Source: a bacterium
GTDB taxonomy: Bacteria > UBA8248
Assembly (NCBI GenBank): GCA_965219955.1
Contig: OZ244799.1
Coordinates: 1,152,001-1,216,000 of the forward strand
DNA: 64,000 nt
Reading direction: 5' to 3'
Part shown: positions 27,500 through 37,259 of the stretch, piece after piece
Layout of the letters: every line of letters starts with the position of its first letter
Position numbering within the stretch: position 1 is the stretch's first letter
Program-made: the position numbers and the translations under genes
The notes under the pieces: generated by a model
What the model was told of the DNA's origin: nothing
The model's database searches: none
Seen by the model: only the letters and a program-made list of their open reading frames with translations

Positions 27500-28246
27500 C
27501 TAGTCCGTCCAGAAGCCGCCGTTCACGTCCACCGCCTCGCCGTTGATGTGCGCGGCCTCCTCGCTCGAGAGGAACAGGACGGTGTGCCATACGTCCTCTG
27601 GCGTCGTGAGCCTGCCCATCGGGTGCGCCTTCTCGGCGTTCACGAGCATCTCGGGCGGGGACTGGAAGTGAAGGCCCGTATCGGCCGGACCCGGCTGTAT
27701 GGTGTTGATCGTCACGCCCGTTTTCGCCAATTCGCGCGCCAGGTTGAACGTCATGGCGAGCAGGCCCGCCTTGGCGGCGGAGTAGGTGAGGTTGGGGCCG
27801 ATGCCCCCCATTTTCCCCGCGATGGACGCGAAACTGACGATGCGCCCCGTGCCCGAGGCCTTGAGCGCCTCGATGGTCTCCTGGATGCAGAAATAGGGCG
27901 CGAGCAGGTTCACGTTCAGCACGACGTTCCAGTCCTCTTCTTCGAGTTCCATCGGCGGGCGAATCGGCATGTAGCCGGCCACGTTGGCCAGTACGTCACA
28001 GCCGCCGAGCCACTCGAGGGCCGTTCGCATGGTCGTGCGGATGGCGTCCACGTCGGCGAGGTCGCAGGGGAGCTTGAAGAGCTGATCGGACGGGCCTTCT
28101 ATCGCGTCGAAGGCCGGGCCTTCCCTGTCGGTGGCGAAAACCTTGGCGCCGGCTTCGAGGTATCCCTGCAGGATGCGGCTTCCCATCGCCCCCGCCGCGC
28201 CCGTGAGGATGACCTTCCGGTCGTGAAAATCAAAACGAATGGGCAT
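27500..28246 (-). CDS. SDR family oxidoreductase
   Basis: LTGAAGAMG, NVAG, YSAAK, INTIQPG, DVNGG. Confidence 0.92.
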   Translation of the reverse strand: MPIRFDFHDRKVILTGAAGAMGSRILQGYLEAGAKVFATDREGPAFDAIEGPSDQLFKLPCDLADVDAIRTTMRTALEWLGGCDVLANVAGYMPIRPPMELEEEDWNVVLNVNLLAPYFCIQETIEALKASGTGRIVSFASIAGKMGGIGPNLTYSAAKAGLLAMTFNLARELAKTGVTINTIQPGPADTGLHFQSPPEMLVNAEKAHPMGRLTTPEDVWHTVLFLSSEEAAHINGEAVDVNGGFWTD

Positions 28247-28587
28247 TGCGTCACTCCAAAATGATGTCCATGGGATGATCCGAATGTTCATATTCGGGCT
28301 TCAATACGGCGGATGATACACCACAAACGAAAGGGGAGAAAGCGGGAGGGGGAAGCGCCTCGAAATAGGGGAGACGGGTCTCGTACGGCGATTTTAAGGG
28401 TTTTAATTTGCCTATCGAGTTGTTATGATGGATTCATCATATGCAGGCGAAGCGCCATCGCGTTCTGTTGAATGCCGGAGGATTGCGATGCGTTCGAATC
28501 GGCATACCGATCCGATTACCAGACAAAGGACAAGAACATAAAGACGCCCCGTGGCATGGACTCTCGCGCCGCAAACGAGTGGAGGTT

Positions 28588-30876
28588 ATGATGGCTGAAC
28601 TCTCATACATCGGAAAAAGCGTGCCCCGCGTCGACGGGCCGGAAAAGGTGACGGGACGGGCCATGTTCACCCTGGACCTCCAGTTGCCCAAAATGCTCCA
28701 CGGGAGGCTGCTCGGGAGTCCCCTGCCGCACGCGCGAATCAAGAACATCGATACCAGCCGCGCCGAGAGGCTCCCCGGCGTCAAGCTCGTGATGACGTCC
28801 AGGGATATCCCCGAGGGAGTGGAATGGGGCGTCGTGCCCGTTTGCTACGATCAGCATCCCCTCGCCTCGGACAAGGTGCGGCACGTGGGCGACTCGGTGG
28901 CGGCTGTTATCGCGACTTCAGAAGACATCGCGGTTGAGGCGCTCGATCTGATCGACGTCGACTACGAGGAGCTTCCCGCCGTCTTCGACCCGAGAGAAGC
29001 GATGCAAGAGGGCGCTCCCGTCATCCACGACAGGTACCCGGACAACATCGCCTTCACCAAGCACATGGAGTTCGGCGACGTGGACCGCATGTTCGACGAG
29101 GCCCATCACGTGAGCGAGCTGGCCACCTCCTCCTCGCGCCAGATGCACGGCTCGTTGGAGGCGCACGTCTCCATCGCCGAGTGGTCGCAGAAGGGCGACG
29201 TGACGGTCTACAATTCCTCGCAATGCCCGAGTCTTTCGAGCCAGTATTTCTCCAAACTCCTCAAGATTCCGGAGGCCCAGATTCGCGTGATCACGAACTA
29301 CGTGGGCGGGGGATTCGGCGGGAAGGCGACGAGCAAGTTCAACATCGATTTCCTCTCCATCATCGCGGCGAAAAAGCTGAACCTCCCCGTAAAATTCTAC
29401 TACACGCGGGAAGAGGAGTTTCTTCTCGGGACGCACCGGACGAAGCAGTTCCACGTCTGGCGCATCGCCACCGACAAGGACGGGATGCTGCTCGCCCGAG
29501 ACACCCAGATGGTGGTGGAAAACGGCGGGTATTCGGATTACAGCCCGGCGGTCGGCGGCATCACGGCGCACATGGGCGGGAGCATCTACAACTACAAGGC
29601 CTATCGCCACCACGCCGACGTCGTCTGCACGAACGTGCCGCCCGGCGGCGCGATGCGCGGAATCGGCAACGCCGGCTATGCGTTCGGCTCGGAACTCGCC
29701 ATGGAGAAACACGCCGAGGAGATCGGCATGGACCCGGCGGAGTTCCGCATCAAGAATTTCGTGCGGAAGGGCGACACCACCATCATCGGGGCCAAGATCA
29801 CCAGTTGCGGCGTTTCCGAATGCGTGGAAGAGGCGGTCAAGCGCGTGCCCTGGCGCCAGAAACAGCCGAGCAGCAACGGGAAAAGGCGCGGCTTCGGGCT
29901 GGCCGCTGCGGTTCATTTCACCGGAGCGCGCGCAATGGGGCCGGAGACGGCGGGCGCGTTCATCAAAATGAACAAGGACGGCACCGTGCAGCTGCTCTCG
30001 GGCACCATCGAGATGGGCAACGGCTCGGACACCACGCTCGCCCAGATTTGCGCCGAGGCGATAGGGATTCGCGTGGAGGACGTGCGGATCATCAACGGCG
30101 ACACCGCGGTGAATCCCTACGGCTGGGGCGTGCGCGGAAGCCGCACGACGACCATCGACGGCGAGGCGACGCGCCTGGCGTCGGTCCAGGCGAAGAACAT
30201 GCTCTTCAGGGGCGCGGCGGAACTGCTCGAATGCGACCCGAACGACCTCGACGCGCGCGACGGCAGGATTTTCGTCACCAGCTCTCCCGAGCGGCAGGTG
30301 ACCCACAGCGAAGCCTACATGAAACTCTACGAAAAAGAGGGCAGCGAGGCCGTCTACACGGCGTCCTCTTATGACTCGCCGAGCGAGACGCCCGACCCCG
30401 TGACGGGCTACGGGAACTGGTCCGCGGCGTATGCCTACGGCGCCAAGGTGGCGGAAGTGGAAGTGGACACCGAAACCGGCGCGTTCGAGGTGCTGCGCGT
30501 CATCAGCACGAACGACTGCGGAACCATCGTGAATCCCGCCGGCGCGCAGGGGCAGTTGGACGGCGGCGCGGTCATGGGCGTGGGCTACGCCATGATGGAG
30601 GATTTCGAGTGCGAAGACGGACAGCCGGTGAACGCGAACTGGCTCGACTACAAGCTGCCCACCACGCAGGATTTGCCCGAACTCGAGGCCGTGCTTATCG
30701 AGACGGAAAATCCCTCGGGGCCTTTCGGCGCGAAGGGGCTGGGCGAGATGGCGCAACTGGGAACCTCGGCGGCGATAGGCAACGCGATCTATGACGCCGT
30801 GGGCGTGCGGATTACGTCGCTGCCCATAACGCCCGAGAAGGTGCTGGCTGCCCTGAACGAGAAAAACGGCGATTAA
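28588..30876 (+). CDS. Xanthine dehydrogenase-family molybdopterin-binding large subunit
   Basis: IGKSVPRVDG..KVTG, VGGGFGGK, GAMRGIG, EMGNG, GPFGAKGLGE, NAIYDAVGVR...LPITPEKV. Confidence 0.95.
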   Translation: MMAELSYIGKSVPRVDGPEKVTGRAMFTLDLQLPKMLHGRLLGSPLPHARIKNIDTSRAERLPGVKLVMTSRDIPEGVEWGVVPVCYDQHPLASDKVRHVGDSVAAVIATSEDIAVEALDLIDVDYEELPAVFDPREAMQEGAPVIHDRYPDNIAFTKHMEFGDVDRMFDEAHHVSELATSSSRQMHGSLEAHVSIAEWSQKGDVTVYNSSQCPSLSSQYFSKLLKIPEAQIRVITNYVGGGFGGKATSKFNIDFLSIIAAKKLNLPVKFYYTREEEFLLGTHRTKQFHVWRIATDKDGMLLARDTQMVVENGGYSDYSPAVGGITAHMGGSIYNYKAYRHHADVVCTNVPPGGAMRGIGNAGYAFGSELAMEKHAEEIGMDPAEFRIKNFVRKGDTTIIGAKITSCGVSECVEEAVKRVPWRQKQPSSNGKRRGFGLAAAVHFTGARAMGPETAGAFIKMNKDGTVQLLSGTIEMGNGSDTTLAQICAEAIGIRVEDVRIINGDTAVNPYGWGVRGSRTTTIDGEATRLASVQAKNMLFRGAAELLECDPNDLDARDGRIFVTSSPERQVTHSEAYMKLYEKEGSEAVYTASSYDSPSETPDPVTGYGNWSAAYAYGAKVAEVEVDTETGAFEVLRVISTNDCGTIVNPAGAQGQLDGGAVMGVGYAMMEDFECEDGQPVNANWLDYKLPTTQDLPELEAVLIETENPSGPFGAKGLGEMAQLGTSAAIGNAIYDAVGVRITSLPITPEKVLAALNEKNGD

Positions 30877-30896
30877 CGAGGAGAGGGGAGAAAAAA

Positions 30897-31763
30897 ATGG
30901 CTTTCAGGCATTTACCCGCGAACAGCGCGGAGGAAACGCTCGCCGCCATGAAGGAGCACGGCGAAGACGGGAAAGTGTTCGCCGGCGGCGTGGCCCTCTC
31001 GATTCTCATGAAATCGCGGGTGTACGAACCCGAGGTGCTGATAGACATCGCCGGAGCGGGGGATCTGGATTTCATCGAGGGAACCGGGAACGGCGGCCTC
31101 CGCATCGGAGCGAAGACGGTGCACCGCAAGATCGAGACTTCCCCCCTCGTGCAGGAGCGCTTCCCGCTGCTCGCGGAAATTTTTCACAACGTGGCCACGA
31201 TTCGCATCCGCAACCAGGGGACGGTGGGCGGCAATCTGTGCTTCGCGGAACCGGCCTCCGACCCGCCGGGCGCATTTCTGGCCCTCGAGGCCAGGATGAA
31301 CGCCAAAAAGGCGGACGGCTCCGAACGCGTGATTCCCGCGGCGGAGTTCTGGACGGGATATTACGAGTGCGCCCTGGATGAGGATGAACTGCTGTGTTCG
31401 ATCGAAGTCGACCCGCTGCCCGATGGGTTCCGGACGGCGTGCACGCGCTTCACCACGCGCTCGAAAGAGGACAAGCCCTGCGTATCCGTCTCCACAGCGG
31501 TGCTCACCGAAGAGGACGGCAAGACGGCCAAGGAGGTGAGAATCGGCCTGGGCGGCGTGGAGGCCGTGTTCAGGCGCCTCACGGCGGTGGAAGACGGTCT
31601 TCGGGGCAAGGAACTCAACCAGGAGAACATCGACGCCGTTCTCGCGGACGCGCTCGATGACCTGGAGCCTCTCACCGACATCCGCGCGAGCAGCGATTAC
31701 AGACGTCAGGTCACGCCCGTCCTGATCCGGCGAACCATCCTGAAGGCGCTGGGCGCGTCCTGA
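30897..31763 (+). CDS. Xanthine dehydrogenase-family FAD-binding subunit (CoxM-like)
   Basis: AGG, IRNQGTVGGNLCFAEPASD, DIRASSDYR. Confidence 0.93.
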   Translation: MAFRHLPANSAEETLAAMKEHGEDGKVFAGGVALSILMKSRVYEPEVLIDIAGAGDLDFIEGTGNGGLRIGAKTVHRKIETSPLVQERFPLLAEIFHNVATIRIRNQGTVGGNLCFAEPASDPPGAFLALEARMNAKKADGSERVIPAAEFWTGYYECALDEDELLCSIEVDPLPDGFRTACTRFTTRSKEDKPCVSVSTAVLTEEDGKTAKEVRIGLGGVEAVFRRLTAVEDGLRGKELNQENIDAVLADALDDLEPLTDIRASSDYRRQVTPVLIRRTILKALGAS

Positions 31764-31787
31764 ACCGACGGGTTCGCTCTTTTTTCT
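31763..31787 (+). terminator. Possible intrinsic terminator
   Basis: Short GAACC-gacg-GGTTC hairpin followed by a T run directly after the stop codon. Confidence 0.4.
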
Positions 31788-31988
31788 TGAATTTTCCGGG
31801 ACTGATGAGGGATACTGCGTTTCACTTGAGATATGCTTGATTGCGTCCGCGGGTAAGGATGGGGGAGGCATCCTCCCGGTAATTCACTTCACAAGGAAGC
31901 CAGAAAACGGAAGAGGTGGTTGTTCCTGCAATCGCCTCGTCATGCCCGAATGTTGTTAGTCGAACTTCTCACGGGGGGGGACAGAGAT

Positions 31989-33302
31989 ATGAAGAGAAAT
32001 CGGACCAATCGTTTCGGTTTGGCGCTTCTTGGATGTGTAACAGCCCTGGCGTTGTTTGTCGCACCGGCCGCCGGGGGTGAAATCGACGATCTCAAGGCGC
32101 AGATCAAGGCGCTCATGAATCGGCTCGAAGCTCTCGAATCCCGGGAGAAGAAGATGAAGGCCGATATGATGGCCGCCCAGGATGCCGCCCGGAAAAAGGC
32201 TGTGGCTACCGGCGACTTCCCGGGCTCCTGGAAGATGCCGGGATCGAACACTTCCGTCTCCTTCAGCGGCTACGTCAAGCTCGACGCTATTTATGATTTA
32301 GACCAGGACCTGGGCGATTCCTTTTTCGGCTATGACTGGGCAGGCGGCGCGAGCGGCATACTCCTGGAAGGCGATGACAGTGGTCAACGCAAAGCCTCCC
32401 TGCACGCCAGGCAGACGCGCCTGCGCTTCGACAGCCTGACGCCGACAAAAACGGGTGACCTCAAGACCCGGATCGAAACCGATTTCTACGGTGGCGGCAA
32501 CGCCCTGCGCCTGCGTCACGCCTACGCCTCTCTGGGCGGGGTGCTGGCGGGACAGACCTGGACGACGTTGATGGATGCGAACACCTACGCCGACACGGTG
32601 GACTTCGAAGGTCCTGTGGGCGTGGTGGCAACGCGCCGGCCTCAAGTCCGCTACAGCCAGGCGGTGGGGAAGAATCTCACGATGCAGGTGGCGCTCGAGG
32701 ATCCAAGCGCCCCGACTATCCTGATGGGCGGCGGAAAAACGTCCTCCCAGGAGCGGATTCCGAACCTTGTGGCGGCTCTGCGAATGAAAACGAGTTGGGG
32801 CGCCATCAACGTGTCCGGGTTGCTGGGGCAGGTTCTCTACGAGGAAGGCGCGACGGAAGAAAGTGTCACAATGAGCGCTCTCCACCTCGGCGCGAACATC
32901 GGCCTGGGCAAGGCCACCCGCCTTTGGGGCACGTTCAACGTCGGCCAGGGCGGATTGGACCAGTCCATGCTGGGAGCGCCCGCCGCCGCTGTCTTGAGCG
33001 CAAACAACGAACTGGAAGCGCTGGATTCCATGGGCGGTTTCGTCGGCCTCACGCATAACTGGACCGGCGCTGTGAGTTCGGGCCTGTATTACGGCTGGGT
33101 GGAGAACGATTTTGACGATGCCGCCAAGGCGGCGTATCCGGCCCTCAGCCAGTCGCTCCAGACGGTGCACGCCACCATCTGGTGGTCACCCGCGCCCAAG
33201 ACGAGGATTGGTGCGGAGATCATTCAGGGATGGCGCGAGACGAACGGCGGCGAGGAGGGCGACGCGACGCGCCTGCAGTTGGGTTTCGTGTATAGCTTCT
33301 AG
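31989..33302 (+). CDS. DcaP-family outer-membrane porin
   Basis: Signal peptide, coiled coil, FSGYVKLD, ARQTRL, IETDFYG, RLRHAY, AGQTWT, RRPQVRY, C-terminal YSF. Confidence 0.88.
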   Translation: MKRNRTNRFGLALLGCVTALALFVAPAAGGEIDDLKAQIKALMNRLEALESREKKMKADMMAAQDAARKKAVATGDFPGSWKMPGSNTSVSFSGYVKLDAIYDLDQDLGDSFFGYDWAGGASGILLEGDDSGQRKASLHARQTRLRFDSLTPTKTGDLKTRIETDFYGGGNALRLRHAYASLGGVLAGQTWTTLMDANTYADTVDFEGPVGVVATRRPQVRYSQAVGKNLTMQVALEDPSAPTILMGGGKTSSQERIPNLVAALRMKTSWGAINVSGLLGQVLYEEGATEESVTMSALHLGANIGLGKATRLWGTFNVGQGGLDQSMLGAPAAAVLSANNELEALDSMGGFVGLTHNWTGAVSSGLYYGWVENDFDDAAKAAYPALSQSLQTVHATIWWSPAPKTRIGAEIIQGWRETNGGEEGDATRLQLGFVYSF

Positions 33303-33346
33303 GTGATTCGTCCGGGGCTCGTGGGCGGAAGCCCACGGCCCCGTGC

Positions 33347-33880
33347 GGGTCTGTTGAAAAACCCCATCGAAGAGGAAGTTGAGCCTGCGCTTCCGCCCGG
33401 TATCGGGTCTTGGCCGTCATTCCGGCGAAAGCCGGAATCCATTTTCGCCTTTGCCTTTTCGCTTCCTCGCTCGGATACCTTTACGCCTGGGCGGGTAGGA
33501 ACAGAATCGAATATAAAATCGAAAGGCGAATTCTCTGAATTCCGCATCTGGATGCCGCGCAACAACAAGGTCGTGGCCGTCCTGCCCAATAAAAAGTCAA
33601 AATGGATTCCGGCTTTCGCCGGAATGACGGCAGTGGTCAATTCCGACCGGGGATGACTTTTTCAACTGGCCCCTATCGGGGTTGCTGAAAGTCTCCTTGG
33701 GGAAGGAGGGAATCCCGATCATCGAATTGTTTATCGTAGGGACAGGCCTCCGTGCCTGTCCTGCCCCCCGTGGTTGTCCTTCGTTAGGACAGGCACGGAG
33801 GCCTGTCCCTACAAAACCACTGCGCCTGCGCCGCGTGAACCTCCATGCCGCCGACCCCGAAAGGGCTTTTCAACAGACCC
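33347..33880. mobile_element. Two tandem TIR elements carrying CGTC-REP (33415-33629) and GTAG-REP (33736-33812) pairs
   Basis: Outer ends GGGTCTGTTGAAAA / TTTTCAACAGACCC are perfect complements; internal back-to-back ends TTTTCAACTGGCCC-ctatc-GGGGTTGCTGAAAG. Confidence 0.7.
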
Positions 33881-33969
33881 GTCGGTCAGGATTCGCCGAC
33901 AGCCGGATTACAGCGAAACAAGGACTTTACGCCGGATATTTTAATCGCCCCCTACGCGCCTCGCCCCGT

Positions 33970-34629
33970 TTATTTCTTCGCCTGCCGCGAGGCCAGATAA
34001 TCCGCCTCCAGTTTCAATATCCCGTCGGCGATGCTCCGGGCGAATTCCCTGCGGTATTCCCGGCCCTTTCCCGGCTCCGGGGGGATGACCTCGCCCACGC
34101 GGATGACGAGCCAGGGGTCGAGGATTCCCCGCGGGCTGATCAGCGTATTCGAACCCGCGATATAGACCGGGAGAACGGGGGCGCGGCTCATGGCGGCGAG
34201 GGTGGCGACGCCCTCTTTCACTTCCACCTCGGCCGTCGAGTTCACGATGCCTCCCTCGGGAAAAATCACCACCGCGCCGCCCAGGCTCAGGAGGCTGAGC
34301 GCCATCCGGAAGGTGCTGGCGCGCGCTGTCCCCTCCCTGTCCACGGGAAAGGCGCCGTAATAGGTGATGAGCCTGGCGAACAGGGGATTGCGGAACAACT
34401 CCCGCTTGGCCATGTGAAAAACCCGCCTCGGCAGGAAGGAGGCGAGGATCACGGGGTCGAGATAGCTGCGATGGTTCGAGGCCACGATCAGCGGGCCGCC
34501 GGGCGGCACGTTGCGCATGCCCTGGACGTCGACTCCGCCGAAGGCGAGCCTGATCCCCGCCTGGAAAATCTTTTTGAGCCAGGTCGGCTGGCCGCTGGAA
34601 GGCAGGGTGGTTAGACGCTGCTCGTTCAT
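33970..34629 (-). CDS. 1-acyl-sn-glycerol-3-phosphate acyltransferase (PlsC family)
   Basis: SNHRSYLD, AKRELF, FPVDR, IFPEG. Confidence 0.92.
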   Translation of the reverse strand: MNEQRLTTLPSSGQPTWLKKIFQAGIRLAFGGVDVQGMRNVPPGGPLIVASNHRSYLDPVILASFLPRRVFHMAKRELFRNPLFARLITYYGAFPVDREGTARASTFRMALSLLSLGGAVVIFPEGGIVNSTAEVEVKEGVATLAAMSRAPVLPVYIAGSNTLISPRGILDPWLVIRVGEVIPPEPGKGREYRREFARSIADGILKLEADYLASRQAKK

Positions 34630-34765
34630 ATCCGTGGTTCCGGCATTCTGGGTCCGGACGCTCCCTTCTCCGAGATGCGACCCCTCAGCGCGAACTTCAT
34701 GGATTCCCTACGCTTCATGATATGAAATCCTTTGCGCCCCCTGCAAAGCATTCGGGGCGCCTGCT

Positions 34766-36529
34766 CTAGTCGGCATCGTGCCGGTGATGTTCCTGCTCGC
34801 GCCACACCTTGCCGAAGGCGTGTATCACGTCCTCGGCGGTGATGATCCCCAGAAGTTCGGTCGGGTCCTCGCGGCTCACCACGGGCAGGCGCGAGATGCG
34901 CCTGTCGCCGAGCTTGGCCATCACGGAATCGAGCGACTGGTCCGGGTGCGCGTGCATGATGTATTTTTTCTTCGCTATCTCGCCCAGGGGCTTTTGCAGA
35001 ATTCCCGCGGCCTGCGCCTGGCTGAAGTCGTAGTTGCTCGCCATGCCCGAGAGTTTTCCGCCCGCGTTCAGGACGGGATATCCGGAGATGGCGCTCCCCC
35101 TCGTTCTCTCTATCGCCTCTTGTATCGTGATCTCCTCGGGCAGGGTGATGACGTCGCTGACCATGGCGTCCGATACGTGGATCTCGTGCAGGAGGTGTTC
35201 CGTCTCGTGGTCGGGCAGCGCGACGCCGTCCTGCGAGGAGAGCGCGCTGTAAATGGGCTCGGGGTGCCAGTAGCGCGCCAGGGCCAGGGATATGGCGTTG
35301 GCCACCATGAGCGCGAGAATGATGTTGTAGTCCTGCGTGAGCTCGAAAATGATGAGCACCGACGTCATCGGCGCGCGGATGACGGCCGCGAAGGCCGCGC
35401 CCATGCCCACGAGCGCGTATCCGCCCGGGTGGGCCACGAAACCGGGAAAGGCGAACTCGGCGAGTGACGCCACGGCGCCGCCCGCCATCGCTCCCATGAA
35501 CAGCGTCGGCGCGAAAATGCCGCCCAGAGAACCCGTTCCGTAAGATACTGCGGTGGCGATGAGCTTCAGGACGAGCAGGCACAGGAGAAAAGGCAGCGTG
35601 TAGCTGTGCGTGAGCGCCTTGCTCACGGCGGGGTAGCCCACGGCGAACACCTCGGGGACCCAGATGCCGACCACGCCCACGAGCAGGCCGCCGAGACCCG
35701 TGGCGATGACGCCGCGGAACCCCCGCAGGCGTTTCCACCCCGAGCGGATGAAGAGCAGTCCCTTGATGAACGCCACACCCACGAGCGCGCAGACAACGCC
35801 GACGAAGGCGTAGAGGAGCAGCTCGAGAGAGTTGTCCAGAGCGTATGCCGGTACGGAGAACACGGGTTCGTTGCCGAGCATGGCGCGCGAGACGACGGAG
35901 GCGGACACCGCCGCGAATACGATGGAGCCGAGCACGCGCGCATTCAGATCGCCCACCAGTTCTTCCAGCGTAAAGGTGACGGCCGCTATCGGCGTGTTGA
36001 ACGCGGCGGCCAGGGCGGCCGCGCAGCCTACCGGAACGAGCGCCTGCACGCGGCGTCTTTTCAGGGAAAACGTCTCGCCTATCCAGCTCGCCGCGCCCGA
36101 GCATATCTGCACGGTGGGGCCTTCCCGCCCCAGGCTCGAGCCCGAACCGATGTTGAGCACTCCGATGAGGAATTTGCTGATCCACACGCGCTTGTCGATG
36201 TGGCCGTTGTGGGCGACGTACGCGATTTTCGTCTGGGGGATGCCGCTGCCCCGGGCCTCGGGCGCGAAATACTGGAGGAAGAGCGCGGAGAGAAAGGCCC
36301 CTCCGGCGGGAATCAGCGCCACCAGATACCATGCCCGGTGAATCTCCGCGAGGTCGTGCGAGCCGAAGAGGACCTGGTGCGCCCAGCCCAGTGCGACGTG
36401 AAAGCACACGGCGATGAACCCGGTGAGCGCCCCCACGATGATGGTGGTGAAATAGAAGATGCCGTCGTCTGAAAAATCGAAGTGGAGCAGCCAGCCGAGA
36501 AGCCGTATGCGAAAATTTTTCCAGTTCAC
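34766..36529 (-). CDS. ClC chloride/H+ antiporter with CBS pair
   Basis: GSGIP, GREGP, AFNTPIA..FTLEE, GIFAP; C-terminal CBS domains. Confidence 0.94.
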   Translation of the reverse strand: MNWKNFRIRLLGWLLHFDFSDDGIFYFTTIIVGALTGFIAVCFHVALGWAHQVLFGSHDLAEIHRAWYLVALIPAGGAFLSALFLQYFAPEARGSGIPQTKIAYVAHNGHIDKRVWISKFLIGVLNIGSGSSLGREGPTVQICSGAASWIGETFSLKRRRVQALVPVGCAAALAAAFNTPIAAVTFTLEELVGDLNARVLGSIVFAAVSASVVSRAMLGNEPVFSVPAYALDNSLELLLYAFVGVVCALVGVAFIKGLLFIRSGWKRLRGFRGVIATGLGGLLVGVVGIWVPEVFAVGYPAVSKALTHSYTLPFLLCLLVLKLIATAVSYGTGSLGGIFAPTLFMGAMAGGAVASLAEFAFPGFVAHPGGYALVGMGAAFAAVIRAPMTSVLIIFELTQDYNIILALMVANAISLALARYWHPEPIYSALSSQDGVALPDHETEHLLHEIHVSDAMVSDVITLPEEITIQEAIERTRGSAISGYPVLNAGGKLSGMASNYDFSQAQAAGILQKPLGEIAKKKYIMHAHPDQSLDSVMAKLGDRRISRLPVVSREDPTELLGIITAEDVIHAFGKVWREQEHHRHDAD

Positions 36530-36566
36530 AACCTCTTACCTATTGAAAACGTCATGGAGCGGCGAT

Positions 36567-37169
36567 TCAGCGTGTGAGAGACCCCGTCGGGTGCGGGCCG
36601 ACGGGCGGATGCGGGGCGGGGTCGATCCCCTCCCGGCGGAGTCTGTCTTCATACCATTCCTTGTGGATGCCGTTGGCCTCGTCCATCGGGGCCAGATCGC
36701 AGAATATCTCGATGCGGTGGCCGTCGGGGTCGCAGAAATACATGGCCCTGTTCTCTCCCCAGGTGCCGTCGCCCTCCGGGTGCGTGGGGCTGTGCACGAC
36801 CGGACCGCGCACGATCTTGACCCCGCATTCTTCCAGCCAGTCCCGCCAGGCGAAGAACTCCGTGCGGTCTTTTACCCGAAACGCGAAATGATGCAACCCC
36901 AGGTCCTTCACGGGCCCTTGATCGTCGGTTCTCATCTCCATGAGGCCGGGTTGCTCGCCGATGTGGTATACTAGGTTCAAATCGTGATGAAACGCGCTGC
37001 AGCGCAGGAAGCAAAGACCCATGTTGAGGCTTGGGTGTTCGTCGGGGCCGTGACGCTCAGAGAGCGTGAAACCGAGAATCTCGGTGTAGAATTTGAGAGA
37101 TTCCTCGATGTCGGACACCTTGACGGCGACGTGTTGTAATTTTTCAAAAGAGGTTTCCGGTCGGGGCAT
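36567..37169 (-). CDS. VOC/glyoxalase family protein
   Basis: LQHVAVKV.D.E.SLKFYTEILG, HHDL, LHHFAF, YFCDPDGHRIEI. Confidence 0.88.
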   Translation of the reverse strand: MPRPETSFEKLQHVAVKVSDIEESLKFYTEILGFTLSERHGPDEHPSLNMGLCFLRCSAFHHDLNLVYHIGEQPGLMEMRTDDQGPVKDLGLHHFAFRVKDRTEFFAWRDWLEECGVKIVRGPVVHSPTHPEGDGTWGENRAMYFCDPDGHRIEIFCDLAPMDEANGIHKEWYEDRLRREGIDPAPHPPVGPHPTGSLTR

Positions 37170-37259
37170 CGTGTATTCTCCTTGATTTTTCCGGTTTCAC
37201 GGCGCGCTGCGTCCGCCGGGGGTGAATATAGCGCAACTCTTCCTTGGGAGAAACGCAAG

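Noticed and set aside
28588-30876. Aerobic CO dehydrogenase (coxL) or 4-hydroxybenzoyl-CoA reductase call
   Set aside because: Lacks the AYxCSFR loop, and the partner FAD subunit lacks the HcrB-type Fe-S insert; substrate left unassigned
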